A stretch of 27,733 nucleotides of DNA from a virus (Duplodnaviria; Caudoviricetes), in IMG/VR virus record IMGVR_UViG_3300042549_001563, positions 1 through 27,733 of that record; one strand, 5' to 3'. Numbering within the stretch: the stretch's first letter is position 1; each line of letters begins with the position of its first letter. Positions 8,798-17,060 of the stretch are shown in pieces. The notes under the pieces were generated by a model, which was not told the origin of the DNA, did no database searches, and saw nothing but the letters and a program-made list of their open reading frames with translations. The position numbers and the translations under genes are program-made.

Positions 8798-8988
8798 TAA
8801 CTCCTTCGTTGCGCTTGATTTTGTTGTTGTATTCTGTCATTTTCTTCTTCGATATGTTGACTTAATAACATTATGTAAATATCACGCTCAAAAGGAATCA
8901 TGTCTTCCAAATCACTCAAATTGTATTTATGATGTTGCATTAAAGCAAAATTGGTCTTATAATAGTTCGCTAGACTATCATGCCCCAT
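8797..8988 (-). CDS. gp51: Short gp51-like baseplate hub assembly protein (possibly also or only the -1 frameshift extension of gp26)
   Basis: SLANYYKTNFALMQHHKYNLSDLEDMIPFERDIYIMLLSQHIEEEN, typical of cyanophage-type gp51. TGATG overlap with the gp26 stop. Confidence 0.85.
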   Translation of the reverse strand: MGHDSLANYYKTNFALMQHHKYNLSDLEDMIPFERDIYIMLLSQHIEEENDRIQQQNQAQRRS

Positions 8989-9725
8989 CACAATGCGAAA
9001 AAATTTCCCATTCCCTCCAATGTAACTTCATCTTCACAACCGCAACCTGTACATCTCCATTTAATAGTGTGTTTCAGTTTTGGCATTGTTTCAAAGAAAT
9101 TCATTACAGTTTTAAACTGTTCTTGTGAGAGACTATCTACAAATTCTTCTATCTCTTTTGTTGTAGAATCTTCTTTCTTGTATACTTCATCTTTATCATA
9201 AATGTAGTCAATACATCCAATCAACATTTTAACTGCAACATCCAATTGACTCAGATTCTCTAAGTCCATATCAGTAAAGTCTGCTGTTGGATATTTTAGC
9301 TTAATGCCCAAACCAGTTTTCTCATCGATTGTAATTTTGTCTGTGTGACCAATTGTTTTCTCAACTTCAACTTCCATAATGTTAAATGCAAACTTAGTTA
9401 CATGTTGACATTCTTCTTCTTTAGAATTCATTCCTGTAGGATGACGCAATTGCAAGTCTACTGTTTCACCAATAGATTTACCACGTAGTCGCATAAAGAA
9501 ATATTCTAAGTCGAATGTCGGTAACTTATCTACGTCAACGTCACCAATAGCGCAATTATTAATAATTTGCTTGACCGCTGTCATAATAGCTTTTGGTTCT
9601 CCACTCTCTAGTGCGAGTAGAAGAATCTTCTGTTCTTTCATTAAGAACGGGCGATATTGTACTGACTGACCAGTTGATGATAATGTCAATTCAAAGATAG
9701 GTGTGTTAATTTTTGGCAAAGCCAT
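8988..9725 (-). CDS. gp26: gp26-like baseplate hub subunit/assembly chaperone
   Basis: MALPKINTPIFEL, YRPFLMKEQKILLLA, FDLEYFFMRLRGKSIGE, FFETMPKL, CxxC, LEGMGNFF; strong GGAGGT RBS. Confidence 0.9.
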   Translation of the reverse strand: MALPKINTPIFELTLSSTGQSVQYRPFLMKEQKILLLALESGEPKAIMTAVKQIINNCAIGDVDVDKLPTFDLEYFFMRLRGKSIGETVDLQLRHPTGMNSKEEECQHVTKFAFNIMEVEVEKTIGHTDKITIDEKTGLGIKLKYPTADFTDMDLENLSQLDVAVKMLIGCIDYIYDKDEVYKKEDSTTKEIEEFVDSLSQEQFKTVMNFFETMPKLKHTIKWRCTGCGCEDEVTLEGMGNFFAL

Positions 9726-9752
9726 GATATACCTCCAAGGGTGTTAATAATA

Positions 9753-10364
9753 TTAAGACGTAAAAAGCCATTCACCAAGTGTGTACTTGTGATAGCGATA
9801 AAATAACGTAACTCCAAATCTCTGATAGGAGTTAACTTCTTCCCATGTTGCGTTCATGGGAGATATGACTGTAGGATATACATCCTGCAAAATATAGGAT
9901 ATGAGAACTGCTCCAGATTCATCCAATTGCTGAACTTCTAATGTAACGCCTCTAGCATAATCTTCAAAATATCCTACTGTGCCACCATAATAATCTGCCG
10001 GTCGCACAATAGAATCAATCCAAGATTCAAAAAATACACGCTCTTTCATATCAGCAGAACATATGATAGAAAGTTGCATGTCATTGTATGTTACATCATA
10101 AGGAAGTTTTAATGCGGGACCACCAGAGCCAGTATCATCTGACGTAGCAATAGAACGACCCGGCAACTCAGCCTTTTCACATCTAAATGAAAAATCATTA
10201 ATGTCATTAATAAGTTCGGCTGCCATGAATTGCTTTAAATATGCATTATCGTCCCACCCACGCAAGATTGCACGAAACAAATTGGGACGAACGGGTTTAC
10301 CGATAGCAGTCTTAAAGTTTGATATACTGAATATATTGCTTGCGGATTTGATTTCTGTTGCCAT
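9753..10364 (-). CDS. Tail tube-like protein (gp19/gp54 tube initiator family)
   Basis: RPNLF, FRCEKAELPGRSIAT, LPYDVTY, ERVFFESWID, YILQDVYPTVISP, FGVTLFYRY; lies between gp2 and gp26. Confidence 0.8.
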   Translation of the reverse strand: MATEIKSASNIFSISNFKTAIGKPVRPNLFRAILRGWDDNAYLKQFMAAELINDINDFSFRCEKAELPGRSIATSDDTGSGGPALKLPYDVTYNDMQLSIICSADMKERVFFESWIDSIVRPADYYGGTVGYFEDYARGVTLEVQQLDESGAVLISYILQDVYPTVISPMNATWEEVNSYQRFGVTLFYRYHKYTLGEWLFTS

Positions 10365-10365
10365 C

Positions 10366-10962
10366 TTATGACATTCCTAATTGTTTGCGAGACTCTTCCC
10401 AAACACGGCCTGTGTCTGCTTTTCTGAAAGACTCTGTTGGTAGAAAAATAGCCATATCCCATTCGTTTACTTGTATCTCTAAGAATTGTGAACGCACATG
10501 ACTTCTTAGATATTTCTTCAGCATTGGCTTGAAGTATCTGTACTTAGATGCAGATTGTAGAATGGAATATGAAATCTTCACTCTTGTCGAATCATCATAT
10601 TTTTTATTTGTTAATGTTGAGTACAATGCATTCATTAGCTTTGCACGTAGCACTGGAGGCAAATAGTGAAAGTTGATTCCTAAGAATCCATCAGAGTCGA
10701 TTCTTACTGGAAAGATTAGAGGAAACGTATCGTAATACGGCAACTCTTTTTTCATCTTTGGGTCGTATTTGAATGCATACATATACCCATATTCCATTGT
10801 AGAAACTTTTCTTGCAGAGTCGGTTCTTTTCTCAAACATACCAGGAGTTATGTTTGACATTAATTTGCCTGCGGCTTGCCTGTACCAATCCCTCGCCGCT
10901 ACAGTTCTTGCAGGAACGATGCCTTCTCTGGCGCCTTGAATGAGTATGTTATCGAATATCAT
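10366..10962 (-). CDS. gp2: T4 gp2-like DNA end protector protein
   Basis: YDPKMKKELPYYDTFPLIF, GFLGINFHYLPP..RAKL, KKYL..HVRS, EWDMAIFLPTESF. Confidence 0.93.
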   Translation of the reverse strand: MIFDNILIQGAREGIVPARTVAARDWYRQAAGKLMSNITPGMFEKRTDSARKVSTMEYGYMYAFKYDPKMKKELPYYDTFPLIFPVRIDSDGFLGINFHYLPPVLRAKLMNALYSTLTNKKYDDSTRVKISYSILQSASKYRYFKPMLKKYLRSHVRSQFLEIQVNEWDMAIFLPTESFRKADTGRVWEESRKQLGMS

Positions 10963-10967
10963 ACTTC

Positions 10968-10975
10968 TATTTATC
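10968..10975 (-). promoter_or_regulatory. T4-like late promoter for gp2
   Basis: GATAAATA on the - strand, 5 nt before the gp2 ATG. Confidence 0.6.
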
Positions 10976-11414
10976 TCAAATCTTTGTCGGTTATGATTTT
11001 AAATTCCCAATTTCTTTCAATTGAGTACTTTGTTGCCGCTTCCCATTTTGCTTGATTGACACCCCATGTCATTACTTCATTTAAGAATCGTCTAGTTGGT
11101 TTACCATTAGGGGTGTTTTTTCTGACAGGTGGACGTGTTTGTATGTCTGGTTTGACTTCAATCAAAACAGCTTTAATATCTCCGTTCTTGTCTTTGTAGC
11201 GCATCCAGAAGTCAACAAAATATCTATGATATCGATTGTCAAGTGGAGACACATAAGGAACAACAACTTCTTCAGAAGACCATTCAAGTATAGAAGGAGT
11301 TTCATCACAGTAAACCATGAATCTTCTTTCCAACAGACTACGATATGTAATATTAGTTGGGTTACCTTTGTACTTTTGATAGTTTTTAGGCTTAAATTTA
11401 CCTTTGTATGACAT
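10971..11414 (-). CDS. gp4: T4 gp4-like head completion nuclease (TnsA-like)
   Basis: YKGKFKPKNYQKYKGNPTNITYRSLLERRFM, WSSEE, HRYFVDF, IEVKP, NQAKWEAA. Confidence 0.95.
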   Translation of the reverse strand: MSYKGKFKPKNYQKYKGNPTNITYRSLLERRFMVYCDETPSILEWSSEEVVVPYVSPLDNRYHRYFVDFWMRYKDKNGDIKAVLIEVKPDIQTRPPVRKNTPNGKPTRRFLNEVMTWGVNQAKWEAATKYSIERNWEFKIITDKDLR

Positions 11415-11419
11415 AAATA
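11412..11419 (+). promoter_or_regulatory. T4-like late promoter for the gp48 operon
   Basis: CATAAATA at the divergence point, overlapping the gp4 start codon, 30 nt upstream of gp48. Confidence 0.6.
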
Positions 11420-11449
11420 GAATAATGAATTAATATAAGAGAAAGTCAA

Positions 11450-12526
11450 ATGACGAATAGAACACCATTTACAATAACAACATCTGGATTTGAATATCCT
11501 AGCGGACCAGAAACCGAATTAATATTTGGTAGCGACTTTGCACATTCAGAATTTATTATTCCCATGGCTAGATTTAAGTTTTTTGATGCCACAGGAGCAG
11601 ATTCGAATGCTTCACCTATTTATATACGACTTGGCGGCACGTTTAGCACACAGTTGGGACAAGGTTATACGGAAGCTACGGGCATATTTGGTAGCATTGA
11701 GCCTGGACAAACTAGTAATGCTACTATGAAAGATATGACAGATTTGTTAGGTAGAGTTAAAGGTAGTGGTTTAGAGGCAATTCAAAAAGGCTTGATGAAT
11801 GCTCTTGGTGCTGGTGTTGGTTTTATTGCTAGTGCTGGACAATCAGGAAAAAATCAAACAGAATTTTTGACAAGAAAACTATTTAACAGTTTTCAACAAT
11901 TGATTTATCAAGGACCACGATACAGGTCTTTTCAATTGCCATTTAATATGAAGCCTACTAGTTATGAAGAAGCAAAGACAATGCGTGATATTATTCACAC
12001 GTTTCGTGTCGCATCTTCACCTAGAGGAAATTTGAATGATACATTAACTCCAATTGATCCTGAGGCATTAGCAAATTCCACATTGAGTGTTGCAGAACAA
12101 GAAGAAATAGCCGCATTGCCAGAAGCAGAAAGACAAGCACGATTAACAGAATTGACGTTAGAACAATTTAATGAAAATGAAGGAAGTGATATTGTAGAAG
12201 CATCTAAAGCACCTTTAACATTTGGTTATCCAGACATGGTTCAACTCGAATTAATTTTATATAAAAAAGGTTTCAAGGCTGGAGGTGATGTTTCAGATGG
12301 AGAAATTGTTTCGTTGTTCATATCAGACTATTGTATGATTGAAAACATCGGCTTAGATTATGGCGCACAAAACAAAATGGTATTCCTCACTAATCCACAA
12401 TCGGTCGAAGATGGAGAATATTTTGCATCTGAAGTCAACATGACAATTGCACTAAGAGAGAGCGTATTGATTACCGCAGATTACGCATCAGCAGAACACA
12501 AAACAGATTTCCGAACAATTTTCTAA
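11450..12526 (+). CDS. gp48: gp48-like baseplate tail tube cap
   Basis: FNSFQQLIYQGPRYRSFQLPFNMKPTSYEEA..MRDIIHTFR, FGYPD, CMIENIGLDY, MTIALRE; directly upstream of gp53. Confidence 0.8.
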   Translation: MTNRTPFTITTSGFEYPSGPETELIFGSDFAHSEFIIPMARFKFFDATGADSNASPIYIRLGGTFSTQLGQGYTEATGIFGSIEPGQTSNATMKDMTDLLGRVKGSGLEAIQKGLMNALGAGVGFIASAGQSGKNQTEFLTRKLFNSFQQLIYQGPRYRSFQLPFNMKPTSYEEAKTMRDIIHTFRVASSPRGNLNDTLTPIDPEALANSTLSVAEQEEIAALPEAERQARLTELTLEQFNENEGSDIVEASKAPLTFGYPDMVQLELILYKKGFKAGGDVSDGEIVSLFISDYCMIENIGLDYGAQNKMVFLTNPQSVEDGEYFASEVNMTIALRESVLITADYASAEHKTDFRTIF

Positions 12527-12528
12527 TT

Positions 12529-13059
12529 ATGTCAATATACACATTTTATCCAAAAATAACTTATAAAGTTGATGACTACGATTCGCTTACTGCAATCGAT
12601 ATCACATCATCTTTAAAAGTAAAAGACTATCTAAAAAGTTACAGAGGATTATTGTACACACCATACATTATTCAAGATGGTGAACGTCCAGACTACGTAT
12701 CATATAGACTCTATGGTAGTCCAGACTACGATTGGATTATTCTACTTGCAAATGACATTCATAGTTTGTATGATGACTGGCCAAAGAACTCTGTGGATTT
12801 AGAATCATACATCATCGAAAAGTATGGTAGTCTTACTTCAGCAATGTCTACAGTAAAATATTACTACAATGCAAGCAGAGATATTGTTGACCAAACAACA
12901 TATAACAATCTCGCATCTAACGCAAGAGCATCCGAAACAGAGTATGAATATGAGTTAAGAGTTAACTCCAACAAATCAAAGATAAAAGTGATTAGAAAAA
13001 GTTTAATCAATGCAATTACTTCTGATTTGAATTCTATCACTAAGAAACCAGTTACCTAA
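12529..13059 (+). CDS. gp53: gp53-like baseplate wedge protein (LysM-like)
   Basis: YIIQDGERPDYVSYRLYGSPDYDWIILLAN, DWP, YIIEKYGS, YEYELRVN. Confidence 0.92.
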   Translation: MSIYTFYPKITYKVDDYDSLTAIDITSSLKVKDYLKSYRGLLYTPYIIQDGERPDYVSYRLYGSPDYDWIILLANDIHSLYDDWPKNSVDLESYIIEKYGSLTSAMSTVKYYYNASRDIVDQTTYNNLASNARASETEYEYELRVNSNKSKIKVIRKSLINAITSDLNSITKKPVT

Positions 13060-14561
13060 TGGCTACCACTAATAATAATTTTTCTGCGTTTACTAGGTTT
13101 TCGCCTGACATAGGGCAGAATTCAGATATAAGAGTATCGCAGGATCCATCAATTGTTCCAGGTTTTGGTTCGGATGTTGATGTTAAAGAAGTTTATTTAC
13201 TCACACAATATGGTGAGAAGGTAGACTTGTTAGGTGTGTTTAGAGACCTTGAAATTATCGAAGATATGTTTTCTGCATCTATTGAGGGTGTAATTACAAT
13301 TGACGATTCTGGCGGTGGTTTAGAAAAGTTTGCACTACGTGGTGGAGAATTGATTGGATTGAAAATTGCTAAGCCAGGAAATGGTGAAGTCATTATTTGG
13401 CGCCAAGATTTGGTTGTTCATAAAATCAGCGAAAGCACAGTAGACCAAACAACTTTGCATAGCGCATATCAATTGCAATTCACATCAAGAACTTTTGTAA
13501 ATTCTACGAAAAAATGTTTGTTTAAAAGTTACAAGAATATGTCGATTGGAGACGCAGTAACATCTATGTTCTCCGAAATGGGTGGCGGAAACGATTTGGT
13601 TTTAGAAGACCCTAAAATTACATTAGAGAAACCTTTTATCTCCACAGGACTTATGCCACACAAAGCAATTGAAGCGATGACGCATCGTGCGTGTGCGAAA
13701 GGCGACTTTTATGTATTCTTTGAAAGATTCAATCCAGTATTTGCGACAAATACTAGAACAGATGAACCATTCACATCATCATATTACTTTGGTAGTCTGA
13801 ATAAACTAATTAAAGATGCGGCACAATATGGCGTGCATAATATTAAATTTGCACAAAAAACTGTAGCGAATAAAGAAGATGCAACCTTAAGAACGTTAAA
13901 GTTTGAGAGAAGAGAGAACTTCAATCACTTGAATGCAATGCTATTGGGATTATATAACACAACAGTCACATCGATTGACCCAATATCAAGAACTCACGCA
14001 ATGCGAAAGCTATCATATGCAAATGGACAAAACGAATCGACTGATTTCTATTCATATAAGACGCTTGACAATTCAAACATATTTTCAAGATACGATGATA
14101 TTGCCGGACAAACTCCAGGAAGAAAGCTAATTACATCTTCACTAAATGATTCAGTAAACAGAGATGAGTGGTTAACAAATAACATCTACGGACATTTGAC
14201 TAAGAACTTATTTCAGATTGGCGTAGAAATTGAAGGTGGTAAAAATAATATTGGTGTTGGACACATTGTGAACTTCATTGTTCCTAGTGCGTTTGAAAAA
14301 TTAGCAGACCCAACAAACCCAAGTATACCTAATGATAGAATTCATTCGGGTAGATATTTTGTTATGTCTGTTCACCATAAAATTAGAATGGGTTCATATT
14401 CAAAATCATTAGAATTAGGCAGAGCAACTATTCCATATGACTTCAATACTGGAGTTGGCACACCAACTATAGAAGCGGCATTGCCAAATAGACGTTATCA
14501 AGACAACACAGATTCAACAACAATAGTGAATAGATATTGGAGAAAAGGTTTAGTACCATGA
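13059..14561 (+). CDS. Baseplate hub protein (gp27/GpD-like)
   Basis: IIEDMFSASIEGVITIDDS, FYVFFE, GHIVNFIVP, SGRYFVMSVHHKI; lies between gp53 and gp5. Confidence 0.7.
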   Translation: MATTNNNFSAFTRFSPDIGQNSDIRVSQDPSIVPGFGSDVDVKEVYLLTQYGEKVDLLGVFRDLEIIEDMFSASIEGVITIDDSGGGLEKFALRGGELIGLKIAKPGNGEVIIWRQDLVVHKISESTVDQTTLHSAYQLQFTSRTFVNSTKKCLFKSYKNMSIGDAVTSMFSEMGGGNDLVLEDPKITLEKPFISTGLMPHKAIEAMTHRACAKGDFYVFFERFNPVFATNTRTDEPFTSSYYFGSLNKLIKDAAQYGVHNIKFAQKTVANKEDATLRTLKFERRENFNHLNAMLLGLYNTTVTSIDPISRTHAMRKLSYANGQNESTDFYSYKTLDNSNIFSRYDDIAGQTPGRKLITSSLNDSVNRDEWLTNNIYGHLTKNLFQIGVEIEGGKNNIGVGHIVNFIVPSAFEKLADPTNPSIPNDRIHSGRYFVMSVHHKIRMGSYSKSLELGRATIPYDFNTGVGTPTIEAALPNRRYQDNTDSTTIVNRYWRKGLVP

Positions 14562-15508
14562 AACTCAAATTTTCAGAGTATGTAGATTTAAAAGACTACA
14601 AAGCAACTCAACTCGTAGAGAAACAAATTCTTTACAACAATGGCGCAAAGTATGGACAGATTGTGTTCCTTGCTGGTGGTGCGGGTTCGGGTAAAGGCTT
14701 TGCAATTCAGCACTTCATGCAAGGGTCTGAGTTTAAGATACGTGATGTTGACGAATTAAAGATTGCATTTCAAAAATTAGATGCACTTGGTAAATTTACG
14801 ACTCAAGACTTGCTTGATAAGTATGGTGATAAAATTTCTCAGAAAGATAAAGAACTTATTCAAAGAGAATTGATTGACAAGAATGTAAAGATGGGTGATT
14901 TAAATCTTAAGACTCCAACGCACGTTTATATTCTACACGTACTTGTTCGTGCTACTGGTGCGAAAGATAAGACACTTGAGTTGATGCTTGCTGGCGCTGA
15001 AAAAGGACAGTTACCAAATCTTATTTTTGATAGCACATTCAAAGAAGTTGAAGACATGACAAATGTTTTACCTAAACTATTTGAAGCTGGATATGAACCG
15101 AAGAACATTCACGTATCTTGGGTTCTGACTAATTATCAGATTGCAATTAAAAATAACAAATCAAGAGCAAGAGTTGTGCCAGAAGACATTCTGCTTGCCA
15201 CTCATGCTGGTGCGGCACAGACTGTATATAACTTAGTGACAACAGCTATGCCACCATCTGTTCAGGGCGGTGTTTATGTCATTCTAAATAATCCAGAGAA
15301 TACAATTTTCATTGTCGACCCAAAAACAAATAAACCATACAAAGACAGAAAAGGTAATCCTGTCATTAAAGATTTTAAATACTTGACACTTAAAGAACCA
15401 GGAAAACCTGCTAAGAAAGAACTAGATGTGAAAAAGCAATTACTGACTTGGATTCGTGATAACGTACCGCCAGGCGCAGTAGACACATCAGAGTTGGATA
15501 AGCTATGA
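14558..15508 (+). CDS. P-loop kinase, zeta-toxin/AAA_33-like
   Basis: Walker A IVFLAGGAGSGKG, DVDE, Walker B-like LIFDST, lid motif NKSRARVVPEDILLATH. ATGA overlap with the upstream stop. Confidence 0.75.
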   Translation: MKLKFSEYVDLKDYKATQLVEKQILYNNGAKYGQIVFLAGGAGSGKGFAIQHFMQGSEFKIRDVDELKIAFQKLDALGKFTTQDLLDKYGDKISQKDKELIQRELIDKNVKMGDLNLKTPTHVYILHVLVRATGAKDKTLELMLAGAEKGQLPNLIFDSTFKEVEDMTNVLPKLFEAGYEPKNIHVSWVLTNYQIAIKNNKSRARVVPEDILLATHAGAAQTVYNLVTTAMPPSVQGGVYVILNNPENTIFIVDPKTNKPYKDRKGNPVIKDFKYLTLKEPGKPAKKELDVKKQLLTWIRDNVPPGAVDTSELDKL

Positions 15509-15738
15509 AAAAATTTAAACAGTTTATACAAGGCACCACACTTTCACAGGAAGAGTGGGAAGAAGAAGTTTATGGTCCAGAATTAATTGAGACACTTAAA
15601 CAAGTAGACGGCAAGTGGGCATTAGTTTCAAAGAAGACTGGCAAGCCATTGCGCTACTACAAAGGTGAAGGTAAGCCATCAGATGAATGGGTTGCAGACC
15701 AAGAAAGACAAATTCAATACTTTAAGCATGTGGGATAA
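15505..15738 (+). CDS. Hypothetical small protein
   Basis: ATGA overlap with the kinase stop; MKKFKQFI N-terminus; GKWALVSKKTGKPL...ERQIQYFKH C-terminal block. Confidence 0.75.
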   Translation: MKKFKQFIQGTTLSQEEWEEEVYGPELIETLKQVDGKWALVSKKTGKPLRYYKGEGKPSDEWVADQERQIQYFKHVG

Positions 15739-15741
15739 TTG

Positions 15742-16410
15742 ATGAGAAATTTTATTGGGCAAGATGGATTTGTTTGGTGGATTGGAGTTGTTGAAGATAT
15801 CAACGACCCATTGACACTAGGCAGAGGTAAAGTGAGATGCTTTGGGTATCATCCTGCAAAATCAACTAATCAAGTTCCGACCGAAGACTTGCCTTGGGCG
15901 CTAACTATTCACCCCCTAAATACACCAAACCTTTATGCAACACCTAGAGTGGGTGAATGGGTTTTTGGATTCTTCTTAGATTCATTGTCTGCACAAGAGC
16001 CTGCAATTTTAGGATATCTTCCTGCAATTCCGCAACAAGCCGCAGAGTATTTTGGTGCAACACCTAGTCTAACTAGAAACTTTGCGAGTGTCGTTAATAA
16101 AAACGATGTTCTTTGGGAAGTAAACAATGCTACAATTAGAATTGCAAATACAAGCAATGTAACGATAGATTCGTCAAATAACATTACTATTGATGGTAAT
16201 GATTTTTTGATTCAGTCTTCTAATAATAGTGTCGTTACTTCAAATACTAATTTAACGCTGAACGGAAGTAATAATTTAATTTTTTCCGATAGCGTGAATA
16301 CAACAACTCTTGCAGAAATTCTTGCTAGGTTAAAAGCCCTAGAAGATAAAGATGTATTGCAAGATATCGCAATTGCTGTGGCGGCTACCTTACCGGTACC
16401 TAATACGTAA
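15742..16410 (+). CDS. gp5: gp5-like baseplate central spike (OB-fold, no lysozyme domain)
   Basis: FIGQDGFVWWIGVVEDINDP..LGRGKVRCFGYH, PTEDLPWA, GEWVFGFFLD..AQEPAILG, then short N/S/T-rich beta repeats. Confidence 0.88.
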   Translation: MRNFIGQDGFVWWIGVVEDINDPLTLGRGKVRCFGYHPAKSTNQVPTEDLPWALTIHPLNTPNLYATPRVGEWVFGFFLDSLSAQEPAILGYLPAIPQQAAEYFGATPSLTRNFASVVNKNDVLWEVNNATIRIANTSNVTIDSSNNITIDGNDFLIQSSNNSVVTSNTNLTLNGSNNLIFSDSVNTTTLAEILARLKALEDKDVLQDIAIAVAATLPVPNT

Positions 16411-16416
16411 TATCAT

Positions 16417-16458
16417 AGGCTACACAGTAGTGTAACACATTGTCAAGCCTTTTGTCAA
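16417..16458 (-). promoter_or_regulatory. Tandem sigma70-like promoters antisense to gp5
   Basis: On the - strand: TTGACA(16458-16453)-N18-TACACT with TGn extension, and TTGACA(16446-16441)-N18-TAGCCT. Confidence 0.45.
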
Positions 16459-16478
16459 CATTTATAAGGATCATTACC

Positions 16479-16655
16479 ATGACAAATCATGAAAATTTAG
16501 TAAATTTATTTGAATCATATCTTGCAGAGAGTGCGAAGTTTGACGAAAAAGGAAACAAGGCTGCCGGAACTAGGGCGAGAAAAGCATTAGCCGAGTTTAC
16601 AAAAGCCGCAAAAGAACGAAGAAAAGAAATTCAAGATGCCAAAACGGCAGAATAA
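16479..16655 (+). CDS. Histone H1-like (Hc1 family) small basic protein
   Basis: KFDEKGNKAAGTRARKALAEFTKAAKERRKE signature; AAGGA RBS before ATG 16479. Confidence 0.75.
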   Translation: MTNHENLVNLFESYLAESAKFDEKGNKAAGTRARKALAEFTKAAKERRKEIQDAKTAE

Positions 16656-16659
16656 CAGA

Positions 16660-16667
16660 CATAAATA
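16660..16667 (+). promoter_or_regulatory. T4-like late promoter for gp25-gp6-gp7
   Basis: CATAAATA 9 nt upstream of the gp25 ATG. Confidence 0.6.
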
Positions 16668-16676
16668 AAAGAAAAA

Positions 16677-17060
16677 ATGGCTACTATTAATTTTTACAAA
16701 GATTTACCATTAGACTTCACACCTCATCCTGTGACTGGTGACGTTCGTCCCATCACAAATGAGGTTGCGGTTAGACGTTCTTTGTCCAATTTAATCAACA
16801 CAACAAAAGGCTCACGCCCGTTCATGCCTGATTATGGTAGTAGCGTCAAAAATTATTTGTTCTCTAGGAATGGTGCATTTACATTGTATGAACTTAAGAA
16901 TAGTCTTAAGAGAGACATTGAGAAATATGAAAAACGCATATCATTAAGAGACATAAAGATATCATACTCAGATGATGGGTTTGATATCAAATTAGAGTAT
17001 GTAATTAAAAATGCCGCAGGCATTGCAAGTCTACAAACAACAGTCAAAAGGACAGCATAA
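16677..17060 (+). CDS. gp25: gp25-like baseplate wedge subunit
   Basis: YKDLPLDF..HPVTGDV, AVRRSLSNLINT..GSRPFMPDYGS, IEKYEKRI. Confidence 0.92.
   Translation: MATINFYKDLPLDFTPHPVTGDVRPITNEVAVRRSLSNLINTTKGSRPFMPDYGSSVKNYLFSRNGAFTLYELKNSLKRDIEKYEKRISLRDIKISYSDDGFDIKLEYVIKNAAGIASLQTTVKRTA

Noticed and set aside
11419-11449. - strand TTGACT...TATTCT promoter for gp4
   Set aside because: 19-nt spacer is suboptimal and the region is very AT-rich.
15933-16184. 83-aa antisense ORF in gp5 as a repEA/repEB analogue
   Set aside because: Codon-register shadow of gp5 with no clear RBS; no support beyond position.
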